A stretch of DNA of 64,000 nt from a virus. The notes below the pieces were generated by a model that saw only the letters and a program-made list of their open reading frames with translations, was not told the DNA's origin and made no database searches. The translations under genes were made by a program, and so were the position numbers. This document shows positions 1 to 9,003 of this stretch, piece after piece (position 1 is the first letter of the stretch; each line of letters starts with the position of its first letter). The stretch lies in IMG/VR virus record IMGVR_UViG_3300045988_098456. One strand, written 5' to 3'.

Positions 1-48
1 AACAGCCTTCTAAGCTGTGGGTCTTGGGTTCGAACCCCAACGGAATCA
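1..48 (+). tRNA. tRNA-Arg(TCT), 3' portion only (5' part lies left of the window); probable phage attachment target
   Basis: Anticodon stem acagc/gctgt (2-6/14-18) with 7-nt loop cttctaa (TCT at positions 34-36). 5-nt variable loop. T-arm ttggg-TTCGAAC-cccaa (24-40). Acceptor 3' strand cggaatc plus discriminator a (41-48). Confidence 0.85.
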
Positions 49-66
49 CTATAAAAATAAACAAGA

Positions 67-106
67 AATGGTGAAATAATCGTATAGGTTGTTTCACCAT
101 TTTTCT
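67..106 (+). terminator. Hairpin plus T-run downstream of the tRNA
   Basis: aatggtgaaa (67-76) pairs with tttcaccatt (92-101), followed by tttt. Confidence 0.6.
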
Positions 107-230
107 TTATAAATGGCTATGAAATAGGCGTTTATGGACGTAAAATGAATTTTTGCTTATGAAACAGAAACGATTTATTAGAAGATTTTAAAACTTCACA
201 AGTAGGCTCTAAGTACTACAAGTAAAGTGT

Positions 231-261
231 AAAATTGCCGCAAAATTGCCGCATTTTCCGC
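231..261 (+). repeat. Tandem 11-bp repeats aaaattgccgc x2 plus a degenerate third copy, just upstream of int
   Basis: 231-241 and 242-252 are identical. 253-261 (attttccgc) is related. Confidence 0.8.
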
Positions 262-291
262 AAAATATTGTAAATTTAAAGGAAAAATATT

Positions 292-1491
292 ATGGCTACA
301 ATAACATACGAGCTTGGAAAACCAAAGCAAGACAAGACAAGAAAGGTGTCTATTGTTCTCTCTCATAAGGGACAGAGAAAAAGATTTCCTACCAATATAG
401 TTGTTTCCGACTCAGACTTGTCTAGAGCCGGAAAGATTTCTTCACGTAAGATATTGAAGACGATTGAAGATAAAATGAATGTTATGAAGGATGCACTCTA
501 TGACTTAGAGGTAGACTTGCTAGGTAAAGATGTGGATATTGATTGGATATGTGAGCGTTTGATTGATATAGGCAACAAGACAGAGGATTTAGACTTCTTT
601 TCCTTTACCGAAGAGTGGGTTGAGAAATCCGACAATAAGGGAAAGAAGAATTATCTGATTATGCTCAATTCCCTTGCACGCTATAATGGTTGCCGTAAGC
701 TGCCGTTTTCTCTCATAGACTACAGATTCCTTAACGGATATAAGAAATTCCTAGATGGTCATCCTAGGGCGCAATCCTTATACTTGGGCAATATGCGACA
801 TATCTTCAATGAAGCTATCAAAGAATATAATACGAATGGAAATGATATTATCCAAAGTAATCCTTTTGATAAATTCTCCGTTCCGAGGGATATTCCGCAG
901 ACAAAAGATAGAGTAATCAGTGAAGAGAACCTTGTAAGAGTATTTAATTTCAAGGGGACTAGACGTGTAGGTATGGCAAGGGATTGTTATGTACTCTCGT
1001 TCTTTCTGATGGGAATGAACTCTGTTGACATATATGAATGTGTCAGCTATAATAAGGGCGTACTCGCCTACGATAGAGCTAAAACTAGAGATAGGAGAAA
1101 CGATAATGCCCACATAGAAATTGTCGTACCTGACATCATCAAACCTTTGTTCCGAAAATATAAGGGAACAACAAGGGTCTTTGATTTCTATCAGAAATAT
1201 AGCAATGCAGCCAATTTCAATAAGCATATAAATAAGGGATTGCATTTCATAGCTGACGAACTGGGCATTCCTCGTTTCGATTTCTACTCAGCCCGTCATA
1301 CTTGGGCATCTATAGCAAGAAATAAACTAGGTATTGATAAGTATACCATTCACGAAGCACTCAATCACGTTTCGCAGTTAGATGTTACTGATATTTACAT
1401 TCAAAAGGACTTTACGAATATAAACAAGGCAAATGAAAAGGTAGTTGAATATGTAACGGAATTGATAAAAAAGACGAAGAACGATGCTTGA
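292..1491 (+). CDS. int: Tyrosine recombinase / phage integrase
   Basis: 399 aa. The C-terminal catalytic region has YSARHTWASIA (HxxR) and ALNHVS...TDIYIQ (catalytic Tyr). It is the first gene after the tRNA. Confidence 0.9.
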   Translation: MATITYELGKPKQDKTRKVSIVLSHKGQRKRFPTNIVVSDSDLSRAGKISSRKILKTIEDKMNVMKDALYDLEVDLLGKDVDIDWICERLIDIGNKTEDLDFFSFTEEWVEKSDNKGKKNYLIMLNSLARYNGCRKLPFSLIDYRFLNGYKKFLDGHPRAQSLYLGNMRHIFNEAIKEYNTNGNDIIQSNPFDKFSVPRDIPQTKDRVISEENLVRVFNFKGTRRVGMARDCYVLSFFLMGMNSVDIYECVSYNKGVLAYDRAKTRDRRNDNAHIEIVVPDIIKPLFRKYKGTTRVFDFYQKYSNAANFNKHINKGLHFIADELGIPRFDFYSARHTWASIARNKLGIDKYTIHEALNHVSQLDVTDIYIQKDFTNINKANEKVVEYVTELIKKTKNDA

Positions 1492-1513
1492 TTCTTTAGA
1501 GAGAGGGGAAATA

Positions 1514-1816
1514 TTAATCTTCCCCCTCTTTTTTCTTGTCGTTATCCTTATCCTTTTTGTCCATTTTTGCACCTGTAGCTTTCATAATAGCCTTCAGAGC
1601 ATCTTCGAAGTTCAAGGAGTCCTTACCGCCATTAGGGTGTTTCTCCCACCAGTCAGGGTCAACCCAACGCATAGCCTTGTCATACCAAGTTTGGTCGATG
1701 GATGTTTTCTTGCCATCTTGACTGATTAACAGATACCCACCTTGCCCATCGCTAGCTATTCGCTGAACTTGTTCAAGGTTGACCCACGTCTTTTGTTTTT
1801 CGCTATATACCCACAT
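1514..1816 (-). CDS. Hypothetical protein (Lys/Asp-rich tail)
   Basis: Start trimmed to MWVYSEKQ because a TACTTTTG -7 box lies inside the longer 113-aa ORF. No motif recognised. Confidence 0.45.
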   Translation of the reverse strand: MWVYSEKQKTWVNLEQVQRIASDGQGGYLLISQDGKKTSIDQTWYDKAMRWVDPDWWEKHPNGGKDSLNFEDALKAIMKATGAKMDKKDKDNDKKKEGED

Positions 1817-1934
1817 AATTATATGATTTAAATTATTTTTATTCCTATTGTGCAAAAGTACAGTGAAGTCTTAAAAATACCAAATAAAACCTATTTGTAT
1901 GTTTCAAGTTTGACCAAATGTGAGTTATTTTGTG

Positions 1935-1942
1935 TACCTTTG
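1935..1942 (+). promoter_or_regulatory. Bacteroidota -7 promoter box (tacctttg) upstream of tnpB
   Basis: Matches TAnnTTTG. Confidence 0.45.
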
Positions 1943-2056
1943 CAGAAAATTCTTAAAATACGGAAATCTTTGAGGAAATCATTTCAATGCTTCTCTATGA
2001 AAATGTATTCCAAACGAAGAAGAAAAAACTCGAAATAATAAAGGAGGACTTAAAGA

Positions 2057-3316
2057 ATGAGATTGATATATAAATTTTATGCAAGACATACTGAGCAGCT
2101 TGATGCTTTGTTCAAGGTTTCAAACAATCTTTGGAACCAAGCCTTGTATGTGTTCCGACAGCGGCTTGATAGCGATGGCACTTGGATTTGGTACAATGAT
2201 ATGGACAAGATTATGAAGCAAACATTGAACCTTAATGGTGAATGTAACTATCGCCTATTGAAAGCCCAGTGTTCGCAGCAGATTTTGCGTGTCTTAGACA
2301 AAAGTATCAAGGCATATTGCAAGTCTATCAAAGATTGGAAGAAGAATCCCGAAAAGTACAAAGCAATGCACCGAATGCCAAGTTATCGCAAACGTGGTGG
2401 CATGTTCAACTTGTTTTATACAAAGCAAAGCGCTGCCATCAAGGATGGGCAGATAAGGTTGTCTAAAAACTTGCTTATAGCTGTTCCTCAATGGGAAAAG
2501 TACGGTGGCGAGGTTTCTAAGTTTAACCAAATCCGATTGATACCAGAGCGAGACAAAGTTAAGGTAGAAATTGTATATGAAAAAGAATTGGCATTGTCTG
2601 ATGTCGACAAGAACAAGTATGCCTCTATTGATTTGGGAATTGATAATCTTGCAACGATGGTCACTTCTGATGGTTGCATCATTTGGAGCGGCAAACACTT
2701 GAAGTCGTACAATAGGTATTTCAATAAGGAACTTGCAAGGTTGCAATCCGTTAAGGATTTGCAGGGCATCAAGCGAAGCACGAAACGCATCATGGCTTTG
2801 TATGCAAAGCGAGATAAACATTTCGAGGATGTGTTTCACAAGGTGAGTCGTCAGATAGTTGATGTGCTTGTTGAAAAGAGAATAGGAACGTTGACTGTAG
2901 GCTACAATGTCGGTTGGAAACAGAGTACCGACATGGGCAAGCGGAACAATCAGAAGTTTGTCCAGCTGCCTTTTGCGAGGTTGACATCCTATCTTGGCTA
3001 CAAGTGTAAATTGGCTGGTATCGACTTCATCGAGCATGAAGAAAGTTATACAAGCAAGTGTGATGCTCTTGCCTTGGAGGAGGTTTGCAAGCATGAGGAT
3101 TATTTAGGAAAGCGTGTCAAGCGTGGCTTGTTTCGCTCATCCGTTGGTAAAATAATCAACGCAGACCAAAATGGAGCTTTGAACATATTGAGAAAAGTAG
3201 TCGGTGATTCCGAGTTCGTTCGGATAATCGGTAGTGGGCACTCGTTATGCCCAGTGCGACACTGCAATCCGTTCAACCGGAGTGTAAGAGGCATAGATAA
3301 TGTATTAAAGAAATAG
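2057..3316 (+). CDS. tnpB: TnpB-like RuvC nuclease (IS200/IS605-family accessory protein, OMEGA-type), solo
   Basis: 419 aa. The RuvC triad is in order: IDLGIDNLATM (D), EHEESYTSKCD (E), NADQNGALNILRK (D). The zinc-finger segment between E and D is degenerate (2 Cys only). No tnpA is nearby. Confidence 0.8.
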   Translation: MRLIYKFYARHTEQLDALFKVSNNLWNQALYVFRQRLDSDGTWIWYNDMDKIMKQTLNLNGECNYRLLKAQCSQQILRVLDKSIKAYCKSIKDWKKNPEKYKAMHRMPSYRKRGGMFNLFYTKQSAAIKDGQIRLSKNLLIAVPQWEKYGGEVSKFNQIRLIPERDKVKVEIVYEKELALSDVDKNKYASIDLGIDNLATMVTSDGCIIWSGKHLKSYNRYFNKELARLQSVKDLQGIKRSTKRIMALYAKRDKHFEDVFHKVSRQIVDVLVEKRIGTLTVGYNVGWKQSTDMGKRNNQKFVQLPFARLTSYLGYKCKLAGIDFIEHEESYTSKCDALALEEVCKHEDYLGKRVKRGLFRSSVGKIINADQNGALNILRKVVGDSEFVRIIGSGHSLCPVRHCNPFNRSVRGIDNVLKK

Positions 3317-3350
3317 AATAAAACATAACACTTTTAATATTTTTAATAAC

Positions 3351-3791
3351 GTGATACAAAGATTTACGGAAATGTACTACGATGATGCGGTGCGCTTCGC
3401 TCAGTACATACAAGCTACTGAAGGTGGCGAAATAGAACTTGTAAAAGAAGATGCCGATGGTTTTCCTCTTCCCCCTAAGCATAAGATATTTGGTAACATG
3501 GTTAATTGTCTGAAGGTAAGGAACTTTGAAATTGCTTATTTAGAGCAAAGAAGAAACCCCGATGATGACAAGAAACATCGTAATCGAAATCTCTATCGCT
3601 ATATAATGGGGCAGAAGATTAAAGAGGTTAGAGAACTTAGTGGTATAACATTGGAGGAGCTGGCAGAAAAGTCCGGTTATAAGCCTAACAACATTCGTAA
3701 TATTGAGATGGGGCGTTTTAATGCCGATATTGATACGTTATGTAATATTGTTGAGGCTATGGATGCTCATTTTGAGGTTATGAAGGATTAA
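3351..3791 (+). CDS. XRE/Cro-type HTH protein
   Basis: The C-terminal half, MGQKIKEVRELSGITLEELAEKSGYKPNNIRNIEMG, is a Cro/CI-type helix-turn-helix. Confidence 0.6.
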   Translation: MIQRFTEMYYDDAVRFAQYIQATEGGEIELVKEDADGFPLPPKHKIFGNMVNCLKVRNFEIAYLEQRRNPDDDKKHRNRNLYRYIMGQKIKEVRELSGITLEELAEKSGYKPNNIRNIEMGRFNADIDTLCNIVEAMDAHFEVMKD

Positions 3792-3846
3792 AAGTTCTTT
3801 CGATATATGAAATATGTTTAAATACGGAAACAAAAGCATTAAAAAA

Positions 3847-3878
3847 CTTGCAAAATTAAGGTGTTATTCTTATCTTTG
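3847..3878 (+). promoter_or_regulatory. Promoter (-33 cttgca, -7 tatctttg)
   Basis: TTG-containing element about 20 nt upstream of a TAnnTTTG box. Confidence 0.6.
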
Positions 3879-3894
3879 CATCGTAATATAAAAA

Positions 3895-3907
3895 GGTGAG
3901 ACACACC
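3895..3907 (+). promoter_or_regulatory. Leader motif GGTGAGACACACC, copy 1
   Basis: Exact 13-mer, 20 nt before the ATG at 3927. GGTG/CACC can pair. Confidence 0.6.
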
Positions 3908-3926
3908 GAAACAACTGTATCGGATT

Positions 3927-4280
3927 ATGAATAAAGCATATTTGATTTTCAGCAAGAACACAAGCATTCAAGAATGTTGTACTTGGTTTCGTTATCGTGA
4001 CGAAGCTTTAAGATACAATAAAGAACATTTTGAGAACGTGTTTAAGGTACTGCAACATGAGTTTGATTCTTTGAAAGATGTTGACCCTTGCGAGCCGACA
4101 GAGTTTACGAAGTCTTCAAGATGCGAACATTGCTGGAGAAAGATAAAGAGTGATTATTTAAAACATATAGGAGATATGAATATGAAGAAAGAAGAAAATT
4201 TTGACCCACATGTTATTGATGACAGCGAGTTTGAAGAAGTTAGAAAGTCGTTTGAAGAGAAGTTTGGCGGAAAGAAATAG
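3927..4280 (+). CDS. Hypothetical protein
   Basis: 117-aa ORF directly behind the promoter and leader motif. Confidence 0.5.
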   Translation: MNKAYLIFSKNTSIQECCTWFRYRDEALRYNKEHFENVFKVLQHEFDSLKDVDPCEPTEFTKSSRCEHCWRKIKSDYLKHIGDMNMKKEENFDPHVIDDSEFEEVRKSFEEKFGGKK

Positions 4281-4381
4281 TATTTCACAATTAGCCAAAA
4301 GTGAGTTTAATAACCCGAACGCATTTGTTAGGATGAAAGAATTATGCTATCTTTGCATTGCGTTCCTTGAAATAATTAATT

Positions 4382-4897
4382 ATGAGTAATAACAAAGAAG
4401 ATTTTGATGCACAGGTAAGCGCATTTAAAGAGAAGTATCCCGATTTCAAGCCAGCCAAGGCTATTGAGGTTCTTAACTTGATTATGACAAGAAAGAATGC
4501 CAAGGAGATTCTTGAAGGCAAGAAGAAGGTTGAGTACAGAGCCTATACAGACCATTATATTGGTCGTTTGTTTGACAAGGATGTTTTGGAGTTCCTTAAA
4601 AAGCATGGTGAAGAAGAGGATGTTATCAAAGCGCAGGAGGATGGTATTGTTGACCCATTGCGAGTAGTAAAGACAATCCACTTCCATGATTATAACAACT
4701 CGTGGTATCTCGATTGTGATGTATTAGTAAATGATACTTGTATCGTTATGAAAGAAGATATTGATTTTCTTCACGAAAAGTATGATAGCCATGATTTGGA
4801 TGAAATGTACGAAGCGTTGGAGCTTAAAAAGGAAAAAGAGCGTCCTTTGTTTTTCTTCTTTGTTATTGACAAGGTAACAGAAACGACTCTAAAGTAG
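4382..4897 (+). CDS. Hypothetical protein, possibly ASCH/PUA-like
   Basis: EILEGKKKVEYRAY resembles the ASCH-domain N-terminal signature. Weak call made by eye. Confidence 0.4.
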   Translation: MSNNKEDFDAQVSAFKEKYPDFKPAKAIEVLNLIMTRKNAKEILEGKKKVEYRAYTDHYIGRLFDKDVLEFLKKHGEEEDVIKAQEDGIVDPLRVVKTIHFHDYNNSWYLDCDVLVNDTCIVMKEDIDFLHEKYDSHDLDEMYEALELKKEKERPLFFFFVIDKVTETTLK

Positions 4898-4975
4898 GTG
4901 GGCGTAAGTCCACCGAGCCTAGATAATTCCCCAAGGGGAGTAGTTTATGATTCGTGGACTTAAAACGTTACAACT

Positions 4976-5200
4976 ATGTCAGAGGCATCAAAAGGTTATC
5001 GTTATTCTCAATGGAGAGCGGTAACAAATCGTACAACTGGTCTTAGGGCTGGTGAAAGACGTGAACGTGGCAGAAATGTTGAGTACCGAAACACAGGCGC
5101 ACAAGGAACTACTTATGGTGGTGCTATGCGTACTTTGGCAGCACGTACCGCAGCTAACAATGTCACAGAACGTGTAAACCGCAGACTTAGAAGAGGTTAA
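4976..5200 (+). CDS. Small Arg-rich basic protein (74 aa) or structured RNA
   Basis: The ORF is G+C-richer than its flanks and uses many CGT Arg codons. It is bracketed by a hairpin (aagtccac 4912../gtggactt ..4961) and a strong terminator. Confidence 0.35.
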   Translation: MSEASKGYRYSQWRAVTNRTTGLRAGERRERGRNVEYRNTGAQGTTYGGAMRTLAARTAANNVTERVNRRLRRG

Positions 5201-5207
5201 AAGTCAA

Positions 5208-5248
5208 GAGGGGTAGAATGAATTAACTTTCATTCACCCCTTGTTTTT
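5208..5248 (+). terminator. Intrinsic terminator
   Basis: aggggtagaatga...tcattcacccct followed by tgttttt. Confidence 0.7.
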
Positions 5249-5262
5249 AAGGAGAATAATGT

Positions 5263-5967
5263 ATGCAAGAACTAAAAAGAGCAAGAGAAATCATTGATGA
5301 TGTTTCCAAGGAGACAGATAGTATATTACTTTTCCATTCTCTGAGTGGAAAGGATTCTATCGTATTGCTTGACTTATGCTACAATAAGTTCAAGAGAGTT
5401 GTGGTAGTATTCATGTATCTTGTGAAAGACTTGGAACATGTTATGCGTTACTATAATTACGCTAAAGCCAAATATCCGAACATAGAATTTGTTCAAGTAC
5501 CCCATTATGCTTTATTTAATTATATAAAGACAGGGTATATGGGAATAAAGCAGAACACAAAACAAAGACAATGGACTCTAGCTGATATTACCGAGAAACT
5601 TAGGGAGAAGATAGGTGTTGAGTGGGCTTGTTATGGATTCAAGCAATCGGATTCTTTGAACAGACGCCTTATGCTTAGAAGTTACACGGATGGAAAGGAA
5701 GCCATTAATTGGAAAACGAAGAAGTTTTATCCATTATCTACATATAAGAATAAGGAAATTATGGATTTTATTCTTGACCATCGCTTGAAGAACCCAGAGG
5801 TATGTGGAACGAATAAGCAAAGTTCGGGAGTTGACATTGAGGATATAGAATATCAGAAGTATCTCAAAGAGTTATATCCGTCAGATTTAGAAAAGATATA
5901 TAAGGTATTCCCTATGGCAAGGATAGTCATGTTGAAAGCTAATAGTAATAAGGAGGAACTGAAATGA
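5263..5967 (+). CDS. PAPS-reductase-family PP-loop protein (IbrA/DndC-like), copy 1
   Basis: PP-loop SLSGKDSIVLL. Clear paralog of 6745..7479 (shared FMYLVKDLEH, DSxNRxLMLxSY, IYKVFP). Confidence 0.75.
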   Translation: MQELKRAREIIDDVSKETDSILLFHSLSGKDSIVLLDLCYNKFKRVVVVFMYLVKDLEHVMRYYNYAKAKYPNIEFVQVPHYALFNYIKTGYMGIKQNTKQRQWTLADITEKLREKIGVEWACYGFKQSDSLNRRLMLRSYTDGKEAINWKTKKFYPLSTYKNKEIMDFILDHRLKNPEVCGTNKQSSGVDIEDIEYQKYLKELYPSDLEKIYKVFPMARIVMLKANSNKEELK

Positions 5968-6743
5968 AAAAAGGAAGTGAAACAAAGATAATCAAGAGGT
6001 CTCAGATAAATCTGAACCCTTGTAATCCGAAGGTACATACCGATACAGACATCAAACAGCAGAAAGCTAACATAAAGAAAGTTGGTCTCATTGGTGGCAT
6101 TCAATGGAATGAGACAACAGGTAATCTTATAGACGGACATAAGCGAGTGATGAGTGTTGACCTTATCCAAGGTTATGATGGTACTCCAGAAACCGATTAT
6201 GACATCAAGGTAGAAGCCGTTGACTTTGACGAGAAGACCGAGAAAGAGCAATTGTTGTTTATGGCGAAATCGCAAGACCCGATAGATTACAACTTGGTTG
6301 CCAAGAACTTTAGCATAGATGAAATAGACTTCAAGGCTGCTGGCTTCACGGAACAGGATACTGAACAAATCAAGATGTTGCAAGATGATTTGGAAGCATC
6401 ATTGAAGGATTCGGGCATGGATGACTTTAGCGAGGATTTCTTGAATGAACCTATAACTTCAGTTAATACCCCAACGCCAATGACCGAATTACCAAACATA
6501 GAAAAATCATCTGAAGAGATTGTTGCCGAGCATGCCGCCAAACCAAAGATGACAAAGGAAGAGGTAAAAGAACAGAAGCAACATTGTACTGATGTCGGTA
6601 TGAAAAGACAGGAAGATATTGATAACTTCATTTTTATAGACTTTGAAAGCTTGGAACAGAAACAGCTGTTTTGTGATATGCTGCACATGGTAGCCACTAG
6701 CTCTATGCGTGTTTCCGGAAGTCAAGTCTTAGGCTTATTGTAA
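5964..6743 (+). CDS. ParB/sulfiredoxin-like N-terminal-domain protein (IbrB-like) with acidic C-terminal half
   Basis: KKVGLIGGIQWNETTGNLIDGHKRV. ATGA overlap with the upstream gene. Confidence 0.65.
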   Translation: MKKGSETKIIKRSQINLNPCNPKVHTDTDIKQQKANIKKVGLIGGIQWNETTGNLIDGHKRVMSVDLIQGYDGTPETDYDIKVEAVDFDEKTEKEQLLFMAKSQDPIDYNLVAKNFSIDEIDFKAAGFTEQDTEQIKMLQDDLEASLKDSGMDDFSEDFLNEPITSVNTPTPMTELPNIEKSSEEIVAEHAAKPKMTKEEVKEQKQHCTDVGMKRQEDIDNFIFIDFESLEQKQLFCDMLHMVATSSMRVSGSQVLGLL

Positions 6744-6744
6744 T

Positions 6745-7479
6745 ATGGGACGCAAGCGAGTAAAGCCTCTTGTAGTGAGGAAGAATCCGATAGATGTTGC
6801 CAATATGGTAATTGATATGGCTAGGGAACAGAGTAAGGATTGTATCGTTATGATGTCTCTTGGCAAGGACTCCATTGTTACATTGGACTTATTATATGAT
6901 AAGTTTGAGCGCATAGTATGTGTATTTATGTATCTCGTAAAAGACTTAGAGCATATACAACGATGGATAAACTGGCTGAAGGCTAGATACCCGAAGATAG
7001 AGTTCGAGCAGATACCACATTGGAATACAACATACAATCTTCATTATGGAGTTTATTGCGTTCCGAATCCAAAAGTAAAGGTTCTTAATCTTTCTATGGT
7101 AGTAAAAGCCTTAAAAAAGCGTTTCGGAATAGAATACGTATTCTTTGGTATGAAGAAAGCAGACTCGATGAACCGAAGCCTTATGTTGAAGTCGTATGAG
7201 GATGAAAATTACATTCATGGTGGAAATTGTTATCCTCTTGCTGATTTTACTCAAAAGCAAATCTTGCAATATATGAAACATCGGCATCTGCCTAAGCCGA
7301 TAATGTACTCCAGAGCATTGCGCTCCGAGAATGCAGAGGTTGGGAATGCGTCAGGCGGTTTGTCTTTGGACTTGGATTGTTTTGTATGGCTAAGGGATAA
7401 TGCACCAGAAGACTTAGAACGTATATATAAGGTGTTTCCGCAAAGTAGGGTAATACTTTATAGATATGATAACAGATAA
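6745..7479 (+). CDS. PAPS-reductase-family PP-loop protein, copy 2
   Basis: PP-loop MSLGKDSIVTL. Paralog of 5263..5967. Confidence 0.75.
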   Translation: MGRKRVKPLVVRKNPIDVANMVIDMAREQSKDCIVMMSLGKDSIVTLDLLYDKFERIVCVFMYLVKDLEHIQRWINWLKARYPKIEFEQIPHWNTTYNLHYGVYCVPNPKVKVLNLSMVVKALKKRFGIEYVFFGMKKADSMNRSLMLKSYEDENYIHGGNCYPLADFTQKQILQYMKHRHLPKPIMYSRALRSENAEVGNASGGLSLDLDCFVWLRDNAPEDLERIYKVFPQSRVILYRYDNR

Positions 7480-7628
7480 TGTTCTTTTTAATTTATATAT
7501 AATAATGTATTATCTTCTTTATATGTATTGGCAGGCTTGTGAAAGTCTGCCTTTATTGTTAACGTATGTAACAAATATATTGTTAAATACAAACAAAGGT
7601 TAAATAAAGAAAGAAAAACCATAAAACG

Positions 7629-7660
7629 TTTGCAAATTAGAAAACAAATTCGTATCTTTG
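7629..7660 (+). promoter_or_regulatory. Promoter (-33 tttgca, -7 tatctttg)
   Basis: Canonical spacing of TTTG and TAnnTTTG. Confidence 0.6.
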
Positions 7661-7678
7661 CAATGTCTTTAAGAGATA
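7661..7678 (+). promoter_or_regulatory. Candidate operator caatgtctttaagagata, copy 1
   Basis: Identical 18-mer sits directly after the -7 box both here and at 63109. Confidence 0.45.
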
Positions 7679-7753
7679 CTTGAAGATTTGCCGCAAGACA
7701 AGTTTCTTGCAAGATAGTGCAGAGCGAGCACGTAAAAAACTAGCACAATTGTT

Positions 7754-8008
7754 ATGAAGATGATTACCGAAAAGCAGAAGAAGTTCATCAATGATATTAA
7801 AGGTGTTATTACAGAAAATGGTATTAATGCTATTGATGCATTGGACTTGAATAAGTTTACTTGCTATGATGCATCTAAGCTTATTGGTGGTTTGCTTGGT
7901 CTTAGAGATTGTTACAAGGCGATTTCTAGAGGCGCATGTGTAACTAGTACGGCATATTGCGATGAGGCTTTAGATAATGTCTTTAATACAATTGAAAAGT
8001 ACAAATAA
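7754..8008 (+). CDS. Hypothetical protein
   Basis: 84-aa ORF behind the promoter. Confidence 0.5.
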   Translation: MKMITEKQKKFINDIKGVITENGINAIDALDLNKFTCYDASKLIGGLLGLRDCYKAISRGACVTSTAYCDEALDNVFNTIEKYK

Positions 8009-8015
8009 TAAAAAT

Positions 8016-8028
8016 GGTGAGACACACC
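8016..8028 (+). promoter_or_regulatory. Leader motif GGTGAGACACACC, copy 2 (intercistronic)
   Basis: Exact 13-mer, 20 nt before the ATG at 8048. No promoter box lies upstream. Confidence 0.6.
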
Positions 8029-8047
8029 ACAAAAACTGTCTAAGAGA

Positions 8048-8233
8048 ATGAATAGCAAAGAATTAGTAAGAAATATGATAGCTTTCTTAAATGAGCGTCA
8101 CGATATGGATTGTTTTACGTTACGTCAGCGTTTTGCAGTATGCTATGGTATGAGTGAAGACGAGGCAAAGAAAGTTATTTTGGAGCTGACAATGCTTCAG
8201 ATATTTGCAGAAAGTTTTGGTGTTGAAATTTAA
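8048..8233 (+). CDS. Hypothetical protein
   Basis: 61-aa ORF. Confidence 0.45.
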   Translation: MNSKELVRNMIAFLNERHDMDCFTLRQRFAVCYGMSEDEAKKVILELTMLQIFAESFGVEI

Positions 8234-8245
8234 AACTTTGAGATT

Positions 8246-8731
8246 ATGGATAAGAATACAGCATATCAAGTAATAAGCAAATTTAGGGCAAATAATTGCA
8301 AGAGTGGAGCTTTGGCTAACGCTTTGGATGTAGCATTGAAGGTTTTGAAACCAGTGGCTACAAATAACGTTTATGTTATCAAGTTGGATATATTGGGAAA
8401 ATTGTCTTTTTGTAAATCTCTGACTACGTTATGGCTAGAAACATCTAACGATAAAAAAAAGCTGCAAGCGCATATTGCAGAATGGAAAAGTAAGATAGTA
8501 GAGCGATGTAAGGACGATAACAATTCTTTCGAGTTTGATTTTCATCATGGGAGTCCTTATAATTTCACGGCAAACAAAAAGAATTGCAATGAGTTGCCTT
8601 TTTACTTTGATGGTAAACATTATTGCTTTACGATATTAAAGGGCTATAAAAGTCTTAAAAGCAAATATGAGCAGAGTATCGAAAAAGATATGGATGCCGT
8701 TCAAGATATGATGTCTTATTTAAATTTATAG
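8246..8731 (+). CDS. Hypothetical protein
   Basis: 161-aa ORF. Confidence 0.5.
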   Translation: MDKNTAYQVISKFRANNCKSGALANALDVALKVLKPVATNNVYVIKLDILGKLSFCKSLTTLWLETSNDKKKLQAHIAEWKSKIVERCKDDNNSFEFDFHHGSPYNFTANKKNCNELPFYFDGKHYCFTILKGYKSLKSKYEQSIEKDMDAVQDMMSYLNL

Positions 8732-8734
8732 AGC

Positions 8735-9001
8735 ATGAAGTTATACGAGGTAGGCTGCATCGTCAAAGAGGTGCAGCCAAAGAATGGAGTAAAGATTACT
8801 CTAGAGGAGGCTCAGGCTTTAGTTGGTGGTTATGTCGAGTTGGTTCATCTTGATGATAATAACATATTATTGTGCGATGAAGAAGGACTTCTCAAACATA
8901 AACCTATAAATACTTTGGCTACAATACAAGCGAAGGGGCTTGGCTGGAAAGGTAGTTATTTGGTTGGGAGCGTTTTATTTTTAAAGGACAAGGAGTTTTA
9001 A
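8735..9001 (+). CDS. Hypothetical protein, DUF3846-like
   Basis: ITLEEAQALVGGYVELVHLDDNNILLCDEEGLLKHKPIN resembles that family. Call made from memory only. Confidence 0.4.
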   Translation: MKLYEVGCIVKEVQPKNGVKITLEEAQALVGGYVELVHLDDNNILLCDEEGLLKHKPINTLATIQAKGLGWKGSYLVGSVLFLKDKEF

Positions 9002-9003
9002 AC

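Noticed and set aside
778-1245. 155-aa and 64-aa minus-strand ORFs inside the integrase gene
   Set aside because: They are antisense to a well-supported CDS and have no motif. The same applies to 1378..1572, 1484..1729 and 1536..1721.
2294-3094. 266-aa minus-strand ORF
   Set aside because: It is fully antisense to tnpB, which has clear catalytic motifs. It is a composition artefact.
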